Assembly: GCA_002706065.1 (NCBI GenBank)
Contig: PAJM01000036.1
Span: forward strand, 1 to 63,374
Direction of reading: 5' to 3'
From: Methanobacteriota archaeon
GTDB lineage: Archaea > Thermoplasmatota > Poseidoniia > Poseidoniales > Poseidoniaceae
DNA: 63,374 nt
Within the stretch, counting starts at the first letter, position 1; each line of letters starts with the position of its first letter. This document shows positions 37,981 to 48,400 of the stretch, piece after piece. Made by a program: the position numbers and the translations under genes. The notes under the pieces are model-generated. The model saw only the letters and a program-made list of their open reading frames with translations. It made no database searches and had not been told where the DNA came from.

Positions 37981-40539
37981 ATGAGTGGACCGGTGATTGT
38001 TGAGGGCTTTGCCTCAGTCGCCATTCTTCCGTTGATTCTTGCTGCGGTGATTGCACTCTTGTTTTGGCGAACGGTTGTTCCCCGTCAATTGCGGGGATTG
38101 CAAGTCGCCTTCGAAACAGGGCCAAAACGGTACGAGGTTCACACGGTCACAGAATCGTTCAATGAAGCACGAGATTTACTCCGAAGTCGTGGCATGCGGT
38201 TTGGTGTTGCGACCTACCTCTTTGCATTGACTGGAGCGTTGTTGTTGTTCTTTGAGTACCTCATTTATGCCAACGGTTGGAGCGATGGGTTCCATGCACC
38301 GAACATTTCACTGGCATTGATACTCATCATCCTTCCTGCGGTCATCTCTTCAGGATCGTCATTGGGTGCTCAAATCATCAAGCCGATTGGCCATGGGAAA
38401 GCAAAGCTGCAAGAATCGAGTGGTGTACGAAACACTGGCTACTTCGCACTCACGGCTTGTTGGTTCATCGGAGTTGGGTTCTTCTATTTGGTACTGGGCA
38501 TGTGGGACGTTTCGTTCACGCATCGATTGAGTGGATCGTTGTTGCTTGCCTTCTCACCATCGATTATTGCCTATGGCCGCGTCATGGGTACATCGTGGCA
38601 AGCCCTGCGCCAATCATCAGCTCAAATTGCGAAAGGAAATGCCTCACCGTTTCATAATCACACACCCAACGCTCGACAGCAAGTTATCGCTCGAATTGTT
38701 CATCTCAACACATTGGCCATGCCTGTCGTTGCAATCAATACGTTCTTGTCACTCATTGCAATTGTTGTATCGCCTGAATTGTTCACGCATTCAGAGAAGG
38801 TCATCGAACTACCGGAGTACAGAGAACAAGCGACCATTATGGAAGAGGGAGGGATTCTCGGATTCTTCCTCATCGAGTTGTTTTCAAACATACCAGACCC
38901 TGGATTGAGGGTTCCCTTGGTCACATCGATTTTGTTGTTTTTGCTACTCAACGTAGCATTGGTTGGTTTCCTCTTTGTTTACGAAGTGGCAAGAATTCTG
39001 TTCCTCGATGTTCAGGATGTTTCTGGCAGAGGTGGTATTCGACTCGCTGATAGCCGTTTACTACGAGCGGAACGAAGTCAACAGGCAAAAGTCCTCAACT
39101 TCTGTTTCACTGGATTTGCAGGTCAATCAATGCTGTTGTTGGCTCTTGCAATGATCACCTTTTGGGATTCAAGTTTCCTGCCTCAAGGGGCTGCATGTGG
39201 TGATTGGGAAGGCACACTGTGTACATATGTTGAGAAAGATGCTATGGAAGAATTGACGTGGATGCTTGCTTCAGGCGGACAAATCTGCTTCCTTCTCATA
39301 TGGTTAACCTCACTCCAAGTCGGCTCAAAACTTGACGATATCTCCTTTGATGCAAGCATCAGCAAACAACGACAAATGCTGACAGAAATGGAAGACATGA
39401 TCTATCTCAAACAACGACCGTTCACGGAACTTATTGCAAAGGATCGCTGGACTCGAGCCATCGAATACTATGATGAAATTCTAAATCCAACTGAAGCCTC
39501 AACTGAAGGGCTTGACCTCCTTCGTCAAACCGGTGCCAAAATGCAACTCTATGCTGGACTCAATCGGTGGGAAGAAGCGGAGGAGAATGCGGTATCGTTG
39601 CTTGCCTTACAAACCGGAAGAAAAGCGCAAGTCGCTCGTTTGATTCTCGCTGCTGCAAGTTTATGTCAACGCGACTTACCTGAGGCGGCACCACGTCTTG
39701 CACTTCTCAACAAAAGCGACATTGAAGCAGCACGATTGCAATGGTTTGCAGCTGTTCTGGATTCAAAGCGAAAGATTCCAAGTGAATCTCAACCTGTGTT
39801 GAGTATTGATCCGTTGATGCGTCGAAACATCGACTTGTTGGAACGTACTGCGAAAGGAAATCCGCGTGGAAACACAAAATATCGCAACAAACCAGCAGAT
39901 CGACTCATGCTTCTCGGAGATTGTGCACGGATGCGTCTTGAAGATCGCAGTGAGGAAGCGTTGTCCATGCTTGAATCCTTCATGAAGAGGCATGAGGATG
40001 ATGCGAAATTGCCAACGTCAACATGGTCCCAAGGAAAAGTTGTTGTGGCCTTGTTGCACCTTGATGCAAATCGACCGAATACCGCCGTACGGATTGGTCG
40101 TGAATTGCGTATGAAAGAGCCGAGACATCCTCATGTACGATCATTGATTCGAATTCTCAACGAATTGGGACTTCTTGATGCGATGGCAACTGAACCAACC
40201 AAGATGACCATGCTCGTTGATTCTGAAGGAGATTGGATGCGTGATTGGCCAATCCTGCATACCGTCCACGTCTCACCACGGTTGGGTTCAACTGCGGCTC
40301 GAAAACATGCAGGAAAAGCGAATGTATGGATTGTTCATTCCAAGGAGCAGTCGGTTTCGAAGTTCTACAATCGAACGAACTTATGGAAGAAAATCCCTTA
40401 CACTGGTGAGAACCATCCACCACACGGAATCTACCTTCACCTCTACGGCATCATCACCACCATTGCTGGAATGCCTGTTGACCTTGGTTTGCCGAGTGGA
40501 ATAAACATTGATGACTTACTCGTGCGTGGAATTATTTGA
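37981..40539 (+). CDS. Large hypothetical membrane protein (about 9 TM) with TPR-like helical C-terminal region
   Basis: 852-aa ORF; hydrophobic N-terminal ~450 aa, then Ala/Leu-rich helical repeats. Confidence 0.75.
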   Translation: MSGPVIVEGFASVAILPLILAAVIALLFWRTVVPRQLRGLQVAFETGPKRYEVHTVTESFNEARDLLRSRGMRFGVATYLFALTGALLLFFEYLIYANGWSDGFHAPNISLALILIILPAVISSGSSLGAQIIKPIGHGKAKLQESSGVRNTGYFALTACWFIGVGFFYLVLGMWDVSFTHRLSGSLLLAFSPSIIAYGRVMGTSWQALRQSSAQIAKGNASPFHNHTPNARQQVIARIVHLNTLAMPVVAINTFLSLIAIVVSPELFTHSEKVIELPEYREQATIMEEGGILGFFLIELFSNIPDPGLRVPLVTSILLFLLLNVALVGFLFVYEVARILFLDVQDVSGRGGIRLADSRLLRAERSQQAKVLNFCFTGFAGQSMLLLALAMITFWDSSFLPQGAACGDWEGTLCTYVEKDAMEELTWMLASGGQICFLLIWLTSLQVGSKLDDISFDASISKQRQMLTEMEDMIYLKQRPFTELIAKDRWTRAIEYYDEILNPTEASTEGLDLLRQTGAKMQLYAGLNRWEEAEENAVSLLALQTGRKAQVARLILAAASLCQRDLPEAAPRLALLNKSDIEAARLQWFAAVLDSKRKIPSESQPVLSIDPLMRRNIDLLERTAKGNPRGNTKYRNKPADRLMLLGDCARMRLEDRSEEALSMLESFMKRHEDDAKLPTSTWSQGKVVVALLHLDANRPNTAVRIGRELRMKEPRHPHVRSLIRILNELGLLDAMATEPTKMTMLVDSEGDWMRDWPILHTVHVSPRLGSTAARKHAGKANVWIVHSKEQSVSKFYNRTNLWKKIPYTGENHPPHGIYLHLYGIITTIAGMPVDLGLPSGINIDDLLVRGII

Positions 40540-42318
40540 TCACACACGTCTTCGCAATCGTTCCATAGAACCATCTGCTCGACCAAGTTGCTCAAGAGCG
40601 GCTTCGACCTCTCCTCCACTCAACCGCTCTTCAGCAAGCGATATCGCAGCCTCTGTTTGTTTCATGTCCTCATCCGTAACCGGAATGCTCGAAGCAGTGC
40701 ATTGGTTTCTCAAAACAGTCCATTCTTGACGGACGAAATCGAGAAGCGTTTGCGCCTCAGCTTGCTCGTTACCGAGTGCATCGAGATCGATGGTAAGACG
40801 TTCAAGCAAGGTTGCTGCATGACTCCATTCGCGCTCATCGGCTGCCTTCTGAACTTGTTTGAATCGATTCATCCATTCATCAGCATCAGAGAAGGTCTCG
40901 AATCGATCTGTAATCTTCTTTCGTTGTCGAAGTGCGCGTCGGACGCTTTCCATGGCCTCACGTTCGATCTGAATCACGCGAGTGACGCCTTCTGCAAGAC
41001 CAATCGATTGACCAGTATCGCCTGCTTCTAGCGCTGATTCCGCTTGTTCCAAACGACGTTCCAACTCAGACGTATCAAATCCGTCTGCTGCCTTGAGCGC
41101 CTTTGCTGCATCATTCAGCACCTCTACCGCTCGTTCTCGGGCATCCCCGTCAGCTTGGAGTTGGATTGGAATAACACATGCAAGTTCAAACGCTTTCTTC
41201 GGCGCTTCTCTGTCAAGTTGCTTCTTTGCATCAAGGATGATTTGACGTAGATTGTTGATTGTTGCACCTGATTGGCCAGTCAGCAATTCCTCAGCGGTCC
41301 GAATCGCATCTTCTGCCTGCCCCCACCATGTGACAATCTCTTGCGCTCTTCGTTTTGCTTGCCGGAACAACCCCTCTGCTTCTCGAAGAGAGCCAAGGCT
41401 GACCTCTCGCTCACCCATCTCGTAAGATTTTCGTGGGCGCTTCGCAAGTGGAGCCAACTCCTCCGCATGTTGAATGACGACGAAGGCTTCATTTCGAACA
41501 ATGTCAACATCTGTAGCGAGTGATAGCGAGCGTTCGATGTCTTCTGCAGCTTCACGTAAGAGCCGCATACCAAAGGACGGATCGATGTGACCTTCTTCTT
41601 TTGCGGTTATGACAAGACTGCTTGCTTGGTCCACTGCTGCACCTTCGGATCGTAAAACGAGGAGGCGATTCTCAATGAAATCAAGTTCTTGACGGAAGGC
41701 TTTCCTCTCCTCACTCATGTCATCCCCTGCAATCCACAGGTACACAACATGAGCAAGAACTGCGCCACTCAGCAGCGGATGGGCCCAATCCATTGGTTCT
41801 GTAATCCACGGTTCACCAGCACGATCTCCAACAAGCATTCCAAACACGGTTAACGCTCCAATTCCGGTCATCATCGCTCGAAACCGCATTACATCAATGC
41901 CGCCACGAAGTGTATTCGCAGACGAGGAGTACATCACATAACCCAACCCAACAAAGAGCACGGTTGCTATGATATCGCTCGTGCTTGACGAGTACGCACG
42001 CAGGGCAAACATCAGGAAGACAGGCCAAATGATGCTCGATGCAGCCCCAATCCGTGTACGAGCACGAGGATCATCGAGAATCAAATCTTGAATGACGATG
42101 CCCCAGAACAGGACAAGAACGGGCATGCCAAGGCCAACCAGTAGGCTTGCATCACCAATAAACGCATCTTTGAGCACTGGCCATGCCAGCCAGATTGCAC
42201 CACTCAAGCAAAAGAGTGCACAAATTGTACTCAAGCGCTCGATTCTCTGGATACGCAACAAGCGCTCGGCTTTAATCGCCTCATCGACATCGCCCCAGAG
42301 CATGAACCAACCAGGCAT
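40540..42318 (-). CDS. Membrane protein (6 TM) with long C-terminal helical-bundle repeats
   Basis: N-terminal TMs then ~380 aa rich in A/E/L/R. Start uncertain (42318 or 42303). Confidence 0.75.
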   Translation of the reverse strand: MPGWFMLWGDVDEAIKAERLLRIQRIERLSTICALFCLSGAIWLAWPVLKDAFIGDASLLVGLGMPVLVLFWGIVIQDLILDDPRARTRIGAASSIIWPVFLMFALRAYSSSTSDIIATVLFVGLGYVMYSSSANTLRGGIDVMRFRAMMTGIGALTVFGMLVGDRAGEPWITEPMDWAHPLLSGAVLAHVVYLWIAGDDMSEERKAFRQELDFIENRLLVLRSEGAAVDQASSLVITAKEEGHIDPSFGMRLLREAAEDIERSLSLATDVDIVRNEAFVVIQHAEELAPLAKRPRKSYEMGEREVSLGSLREAEGLFRQAKRRAQEIVTWWGQAEDAIRTAEELLTGQSGATINNLRQIILDAKKQLDREAPKKAFELACVIPIQLQADGDARERAVEVLNDAAKALKAADGFDTSELERRLEQAESALEAGDTGQSIGLAEGVTRVIQIEREAMESVRRALRQRKKITDRFETFSDADEWMNRFKQVQKAADEREWSHAATLLERLTIDLDALGNEQAEAQTLLDFVRQEWTVLRNQCTASSIPVTDEDMKQTEAAISLAEERLSGGEVEAALEQLGRADGSMERLRRRV

Positions 42319-42411
42319 GGTTTTGATGATGAAACCACCGACGGTTTGCACACTGTTCTGCAACAATGTTCAAGGGTGTGCTTGGATGGTTGATGAAGAA
42401 GGGGACATCCT

Positions 42412-43356
42412 ATGAAAGGACTCATCACGATGGACGATTTGACCAACGAAGATATACACAGCATTCTTGCTGATGCTCAGCGACTGCTTCCAGTCGCCCG
42501 AGGGGAAACCTATCTCCCACTACTTGAAGGGAAAATACTCGGCAATCTGTTTTTCGAACCAAGCACTCGAACTCGAATGTCCTTTGAGACTGCGATGAAG
42601 CGACTTGGAGGGGATGTGATCAACCTTGGTGATGTCAAGACGTCCTCAGTCGTGAAAGGAGAAACCCTGTTCGATACCATCCAGATGGTCGATGGTTACA
42701 CCGACATCATCGCAATGCGTCATCCAAGACAGGGTGCTGCACGCTATGCACAAGATGCTGCACGGGTTCCAATCCTCAATGGAGGAGATGGTGCAGGTCA
42801 TCACCCAACGCAGACCATGCTGGATTTGTTTACCATTCAACAATCCCACGGCACGCTTGAAGGATTAACGGTCATTCTTGCAGGTGACTTGCGCTATGGA
42901 CGTACCGTACACAGCCTTTCTCATGCATTGGTTCGATTTGGGTGCCGTTTGATTTTTGCTTCACCGGAATTGTTACGGATGCCACCAGAAATCGTTGAAG
43001 ACTTACGAGAACACGGTGCAGACGTCACCGAAACCGACGATCTCCTTGGCAACATCAACCATGCAGATGTCGTGTACATGACACGAATCCAAAAAGAGCG
43101 ATTTGCTGATGAAGACGAATATGCCAAGGTTGCTGGTGCCTACAAACTGCATGCACGAGATCTTGACAACGCCAAGTCAGAGATGGTGATCATGCACCCG
43201 CTACCACGTGTCGATGAAATTCATCCGAGTGTTGACAAAACACGTCATGCACGCTACTTCGAACAGGCATTCAATGGAGTTGTGGCTCGAATGGCACTGC
43301 TTTGTCGATTGCTTGGTATCGAAGTTCCTGCTGAAATCGGCGGAGGTGATGCCTGA
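42412..43356 (+). CDS. pyrB: Aspartate carbamoyltransferase catalytic subunit
   Basis: FFEPSTRTRMSFE, HPTQTMLD, GRTVHSL, YMTRIQKER, MHPLPR. Confidence 0.97.
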   Translation: MKGLITMDDLTNEDIHSILADAQRLLPVARGETYLPLLEGKILGNLFFEPSTRTRMSFETAMKRLGGDVINLGDVKTSSVVKGETLFDTIQMVDGYTDIIAMRHPRQGAARYAQDAARVPILNGGDGAGHHPTQTMLDLFTIQQSHGTLEGLTVILAGDLRYGRTVHSLSHALVRFGCRLIFASPELLRMPPEIVEDLREHGADVTETDDLLGNINHADVVYMTRIQKERFADEDEYAKVAGAYKLHARDLDNAKSEMVIMHPLPRVDEIHPSVDKTRHARYFEQAFNGVVARMALLCRLLGIEVPAEIGGGDA

Positions 43357-43832
43357 TGGCTGAAGAGCACAACATGCGAAGAGTAACTGCAATCAAAAAC
43401 GGGACCGTTATCGATCATATTCCATCAGGCCAAGCGCTCAAAGTGCTTGAATTGCTGAATTTGACCAGCGATACCTCCGTCCCGGTTTCCTTAGTGATGA
43501 ATGTCCCCTCAAAGAAAATGGGTTCCAAGGACATCATCAAGGTCGAAGATCGGGAGTTGACGCAAGCAGAACTTGACCGCTTGGCATTGGTCGCTCCAGA
43601 ATCAAGCATTGCGATCATCCGTGCATACTCAGTTGCAGAAAAGCTCACCGTCAATTTGGGCGAAGAGGTTCGAAATGTTGTTCGCTGCACCTTTTCCAAC
43701 TGCATAACGCAGAACCTAAGAGAACCACTTCCACATCGATTGAGAGTCACGAAAACTGACCCACTAACGCTACGATGCCACTACTGTGTACGTCCACAAA
43801 ATTTGGATGAGTTGATTCACAACCTACTCTGA
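43356..43832 (+). CDS. pyrI: Aspartate carbamoyltransferase regulatory subunit
   Basis: IKNGTVIDHI, KDIIKVE, C-x4-C...CHYC zinc ligands; TGATG coupling to pyrB. Confidence 0.95.
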   Translation: MAEEHNMRRVTAIKNGTVIDHIPSGQALKVLELLNLTSDTSVPVSLVMNVPSKKMGSKDIIKVEDRELTQAELDRLALVAPESSIAIIRAYSVAEKLTVNLGEEVRNVVRCTFSNCITQNLREPLPHRLRVTKTDPLTLRCHYCVRPQNLDELIHNLL

Positions 43833-44819
43833 TTTCACATCGAGAAGGTCTCGCATATCGCATGCTTTGCATGTTGATCCTGATGTTGGTGAACCACATC
43901 GTTGGCACTTTGTTGGATGCGATTGAACTGATGGTGCTTGTTGGCGAGCGACTTGTTTGATGTTGTCCGACATTCGAACCAAGCTATGCCGTGTCCCAGG
44001 TACATCCTGTTCGAGTTGAGCGACAATGTCTCGATATCGCCATCGGAGAGCACCTTGAGCGTATGGACATTCCTCATGATGCAATGGAAGTTGTTTGTGC
44101 ATTGCGAGGAGATGAATTTCTTGCTCAGGAATCCAACGAAGTGGAACGATTCTCGGTGGCAATCCATTCACAGGAGCATCGGTGTGTGGCGCTAGTCGTA
44201 AAGTCCGTTCGATGTCACCATTCGTCATGTTCATGAGGACGGTTTGTGCCATATCGTCCAGATTGTGACCAAGTGCAACAACATCAGCCTCGACTTGTTT
44301 TGCAAGGGCATTGATGCCTTGTCTACGGAAGACGCCGCAATAAGAACACGGCATGGTGGATTTTCCTTCCTTGCTGTTTGAAATCATTGGTAACCGTTTC
44401 ACAACTTCATCCATATGGTGGAATTTGAGATCTTCATAGCTGGTCGATATGAACTCAACACCAAGAGATTCGCACAGATCGATTGCGCACTGCAACGAAG
44501 GTGGACGGTAGCCATCAATCCCTTCGTCAACACACCCTGCTACAATACGGACATCGCGTCGCATTCCGATCAACTCGACGAGAAGCGTTAGAAGAACAGC
44601 CGAGTCTTTTCCACCAGAAATGGCAACGAAGACCGTCGTTGGTTTGGATTTGTCCAGGTGGAGTTGCTTTCGAAGTTCTTTCGCGACCTTCTTCCGAATC
44701 GATTTCTCAAGATGATGGCCACACAAGATACGACCGGAATAGGCTTGTTCGACCACAGCCTCCTTGCCACAGACATCGCAAGCAGGTGCTTGGAATGGAC
44801 TCTGTGTTGCCTCCGCCAT
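43824..44819 (-). CDS. tRNA 2-thiolation protein TtuA/Ncs6 (TIGR00269 family)
   Basis: CDVC...C..H zinc finger, ISGGKDS PP-loop, CSYCGVFRR, GHNLDD, ECPY, C-terminal CxxC/CxxC. Confidence 0.9.
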   Translation of the reverse strand: MAEATQSPFQAPACDVCGKEAVVEQAYSGRILCGHHLEKSIRKKVAKELRKQLHLDKSKPTTVFVAISGGKDSAVLLTLLVELIGMRRDVRIVAGCVDEGIDGYRPPSLQCAIDLCESLGVEFISTSYEDLKFHHMDEVVKRLPMISNSKEGKSTMPCSYCGVFRRQGINALAKQVEADVVALGHNLDDMAQTVLMNMTNGDIERTLRLAPHTDAPVNGLPPRIVPLRWIPEQEIHLLAMHKQLPLHHEECPYAQGALRWRYRDIVAQLEQDVPGTRHSLVRMSDNIKQVARQQAPSVQSHPTKCQRCGSPTSGSTCKACDMRDLLDVKSE

Positions 44820-44883
44820 GGTGATTGGTCACATCTCCTCCATTAAACGCCTCCGATTGAGCCTCTCGATGGAACTAAAATAT

Positions 44884-45046
44884 CAATTGGAATTTTAAAT
44901 TTCCAATTGGAATATTACACAAAATCGAGCACCAAATCTGCTCTGTATGGCGCGGAAAGCAAGAGTCTTTGGTTTCTCCGCGCTAACGGTTTTGAAAATT
45001 TGCAGTTGGAATTTTGAATTGTGTGGCCAAATCCCCCTACGGGGGA
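44884..45046. promoter_or_regulatory. Cluster of palindromes and direct repeats in the divergent intergenic region
   Basis: CAATTGGAA-N8-TTCCAATTG (44884-44909); palindrome TTCCAATTGGAA (44901-44912); TTGGAATTTTRAATT at 44887 and 45006; GCGCGGA...TCCGCGC (44950-44983); TCCCCC-TAC-GGGGGA (45032-45046). Confidence 0.6.
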
Positions 45047-45101
45047 AGAGTTTCGGCAAAGTTCTTGAATGGTACGTTGCTGTGAAGAGGTTTGGGCTAC
45101 C

Positions 45102-45443
45102 ATGCTGGACAGGTTGTTTTCTCAACTTTGCGAACTTAAGGGGGCCACCCATGTTCGCTTGATGGATCAATTTGGCAGTGTCGTTCAATCGACCAGCAAA
45201 TGGCCAGAATCCGCAACAGAACAGAGGCACACGTGGGCAGATTGCTGCTCAATTGCTGAAGAACTCGAATTAGGCCCATTGTTCGAAGTGTGGGCTGAAG
45301 GGCGACGGTTGACACTGTTCGACCACTTTGAGAACAACCTGTTCGTCCACATTTCCGGTAAGGACGGGAAAAAAGGCGTATGGCGTTACGAATTGGAACG
45401 CCTGCGACAGGAATGGAATTCCAAACAACTGAAGGTGATATGA
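45102..45443 (+). CDS. Small Roadblock/LC7-like protein
   Basis: 113 aa, helix-beta-beta-helix-beta pattern: LFSQLCELKGATHVRLMDQFGSVV...AEELELGPLFEVWAEG...KKGVWRYEL. Confidence 0.6.
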   Translation: MLDRLFSQLCELKGATHVRLMDQFGSVVQSTSKWPESATEQRHTWADCCSIAEELELGPLFEVWAEGRRLTLFDHFENNLFVHISGKDGKKGVWRYELERLRQEWNSKQLKVI

Positions 45444-48400
45444 TGTTTGATCTACCGCATATTGAACGATTTGATGATGAAGTGGATGTCTCTTCTGGGT
45501 CCATCCAACCCTTCGAACATGGATTCATCACAACATGGGTTGGTCGGAGAAAAACACCGTTTGGCCATCGACTGGTCCGTGCTGGACGCATTGTTGGTTG
45601 GATTTGTGAAGGTTCGAGTTCGACCAAACTGCTCGGTGGAGCAGATGCTCGTACTGCGCTTGAAGAAGCTGAGAAGAACCAGCATCGCTTGGTCGCTTCA
45701 ACATGTTCCATGAACGGACTTGCAGAAATTGCAACTCTGATACCAGAAGCATTCGAGTTTCAAGCAGATACGCAAGGACTCGGTGCAAGAGGAGCCCTCA
45801 CAGATCGTCTCTTTGCTCGCAACATTTCAGCCGTATTACAAGCACTGTCAGATTATGAACACGTTCGTGGCGCACTAGCCGCAGACCAAGGAATCATCAT
45901 CGACAGTATGGGTGATTTGCCAGGCAAGGCAGAGGAGCTCTCGGCAACCGTGGCTTCCCTATCCGATGCAATGAACGCTCAACACGCGAACCTTGGAGGA
46001 GATGGAAGCGGTTATGCATCACTAACCATGGGCGATTCCTCGTTACTTCTCACCTCAAGCAGCAGCATTGTCTTGGCTGTTTGGACCGAACTTGATGCAA
46101 ACCATGCGCTGTTGTTGACGGATGTCACTGCCAAACTCGATGGTGAAATAGGAACGTATGCTGAAGGATCGGCATCACTCCCAGACGGGTTTATTCTTCG
46201 TGAAGGCAAAGGAGGTGCTGATGCTGTGATGTCGATGCTGCATGCTGCTCTTGAAGAACGAGTCACAGGCCATCTCAAGGCTGGTGTGAGCGATAAATCA
46301 GTATCGCTTGCGCTCAACAACGGCCTTCCCGTGGCGATGGCTGCCAATGGCCAGTCGTTCGAAGATGCCATGCTCGGATTGACCGAGAGTAAGCGTGTCT
46401 TGAAACTGCACAGATTAGCATCTGGCACAATGGTATCAGCGTCGACTGGTGACGTCTCAGCCTTTACGCTCAAGCAATTTGTCGAAGCACTTTCGACGGT
46501 TCGAACACGTTCTGAGAAACGACGTGACTCCATGATGCATCGATTGATGAACATGTACGGCTTTGAAATCGGACTCGATGATGTGCGTGCTGTTCGTTCA
46601 AAGTTAAGCATCCATGTTGGAGGGCAGGAAGCCGCTCAAACACTACCCAATGCGACGCCTCTTGCAGGTGTCGATTCAGGTTTGCGTCGTCGACTCGAAG
46701 AATCTGAACGACGGGCAGATTCATTGATGCGGACCAATGCAGGTTTAAGCACGCAACTCAAGGATGCAGAAAAAGAGCGAACTGAGGCTTTGATTCGCTT
46801 GGAAGAAGTCAAACAATCATCGGGTGAACAATCGAACACGATTGAATCGAAGAACGATCAATTGAACCGTGTACAAGTCACCGTTTCAGAATCAAGGACA
46901 CGAATGGAACAAGCTGAGGAGCGAGCAGATCGTTTGCTCAGAAGGGTCAGTGAACTTGAGCATCAATTGAGTGAGCGAGCAGCAGAATTAGCGAAAGCAC
47001 TCGGAGATACGGAAAGCAGTGTTGCTCTTCGCGATGAACTTGAATCTCTCTCAAACCAAGAGGCGACCACACGAGCAGATTTGGAATCCAATGCTCAGCA
47101 GTTGTCTTCAGTTCGTGAACAAATTGAACTTGAAGAACGCCGTCTTCGTTCCCTTGAGGAACAAGTTTCAGCACTCCGAGATCGGCAAGCAAGTGCTCAA
47201 ACAAAGAGCAATGCTTCCGAGGAGAAGATTCGATCTGCTCAGGCTCGTTTGGATCAAATTGAGGCAGAAACACTCGCAAGTCGACAACGCGCTGAAGAAG
47301 AGCGTCAACGCCTTGCTGAAGATGAAGCTCGACGAATGCAACTTCATTCCGAGATGCGTGAACTCATGGGCGAGCGGAAAGAATTGCTTACCGAACTCGG
47401 CAATCTTGGAGCACGTCGTGGTAATGCGGAAACTGAACTCTCTGGCCTAATTGCGCGTGCTGAAGCACTCACAGAAGCCCACGAAGAAGCAGTATCTGAT
47501 ATCGCAGAAGCTGAACGACTCCGTGCACGCCTCTCCGAGGAACCACTCGCACAAGCTTTGTTGAACGATGATGCAACCTTCCGCGGCCTTGGCCCTGTTT
47601 TGGAACGGCTTGAACATGCACGTACGCTCGGCTACTCTGTAGTGCTCCTTGATCGTGCTGTTGAACGGGCATTACAGGTGGTTCAATCGACGGTTGATCA
47701 CATTGCTGCAACGCCGCGACATCTTCTGAGCAGTGAAGTCATGACGCTACTTGAGCGCCAGGTGCCGCAAACTGCAGGTGCTGTGCGAGGATTAGCCCGC
47801 TGGTCTGTACAGCAACGTCTGGAAAACCAGCTTGGAGAAACCGTTGGACATCTGATCATCGACTTGGAAGGAATCCTCGAAGACTACGACCGGTCGATTA
47901 CCATGCTACGTCGTATGCGAAATGTTCTCGACCAACTCGGAAACCTGGGCGCTCCTGGTGAAGAAATTGAGGCATTGCGAATGAATTGTATGCGTCCCGA
48001 AGCATTGCCAAGCGTCGCTGTTGAAACACGCCGTTTGATTCGAGTTGCTCTCGATGACATCTATCTCGAGGCAGACCAACGTGATGCTGGTGAAGCGATC
48101 GCCTTGGAACAAACAGCACAGGTTTTGGAAGAACTGTTAACGCAAATCGATGCTTCTGGATTAACCAAAGGTGTACCGCGTGGAGCTATGTGGGACTTCC
48201 AACGGGACGGATATTTGCCGTTCGAACGTTCGGCGATTCCCGTTGGGCAGCGAACACCAGTGATGGATGATATGATGGAAAACATTCAGCCAACGTTGGT
48301 TGTTGAAGAGACTGTTTCACTTGATTCCGAGCCGGTGGTTGTTGAACTCTCGGATGAGTGGGAAGAGATGCCTGCACCAGACGATGCTGAAGTATCCGAA

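Noticed and set aside
44820-45101. Calling this a replication origin
   Set aside because: No orc1/cdc6 in the window, and the palindrome spacer differs from the ORB core; kept only as a hypothesis.
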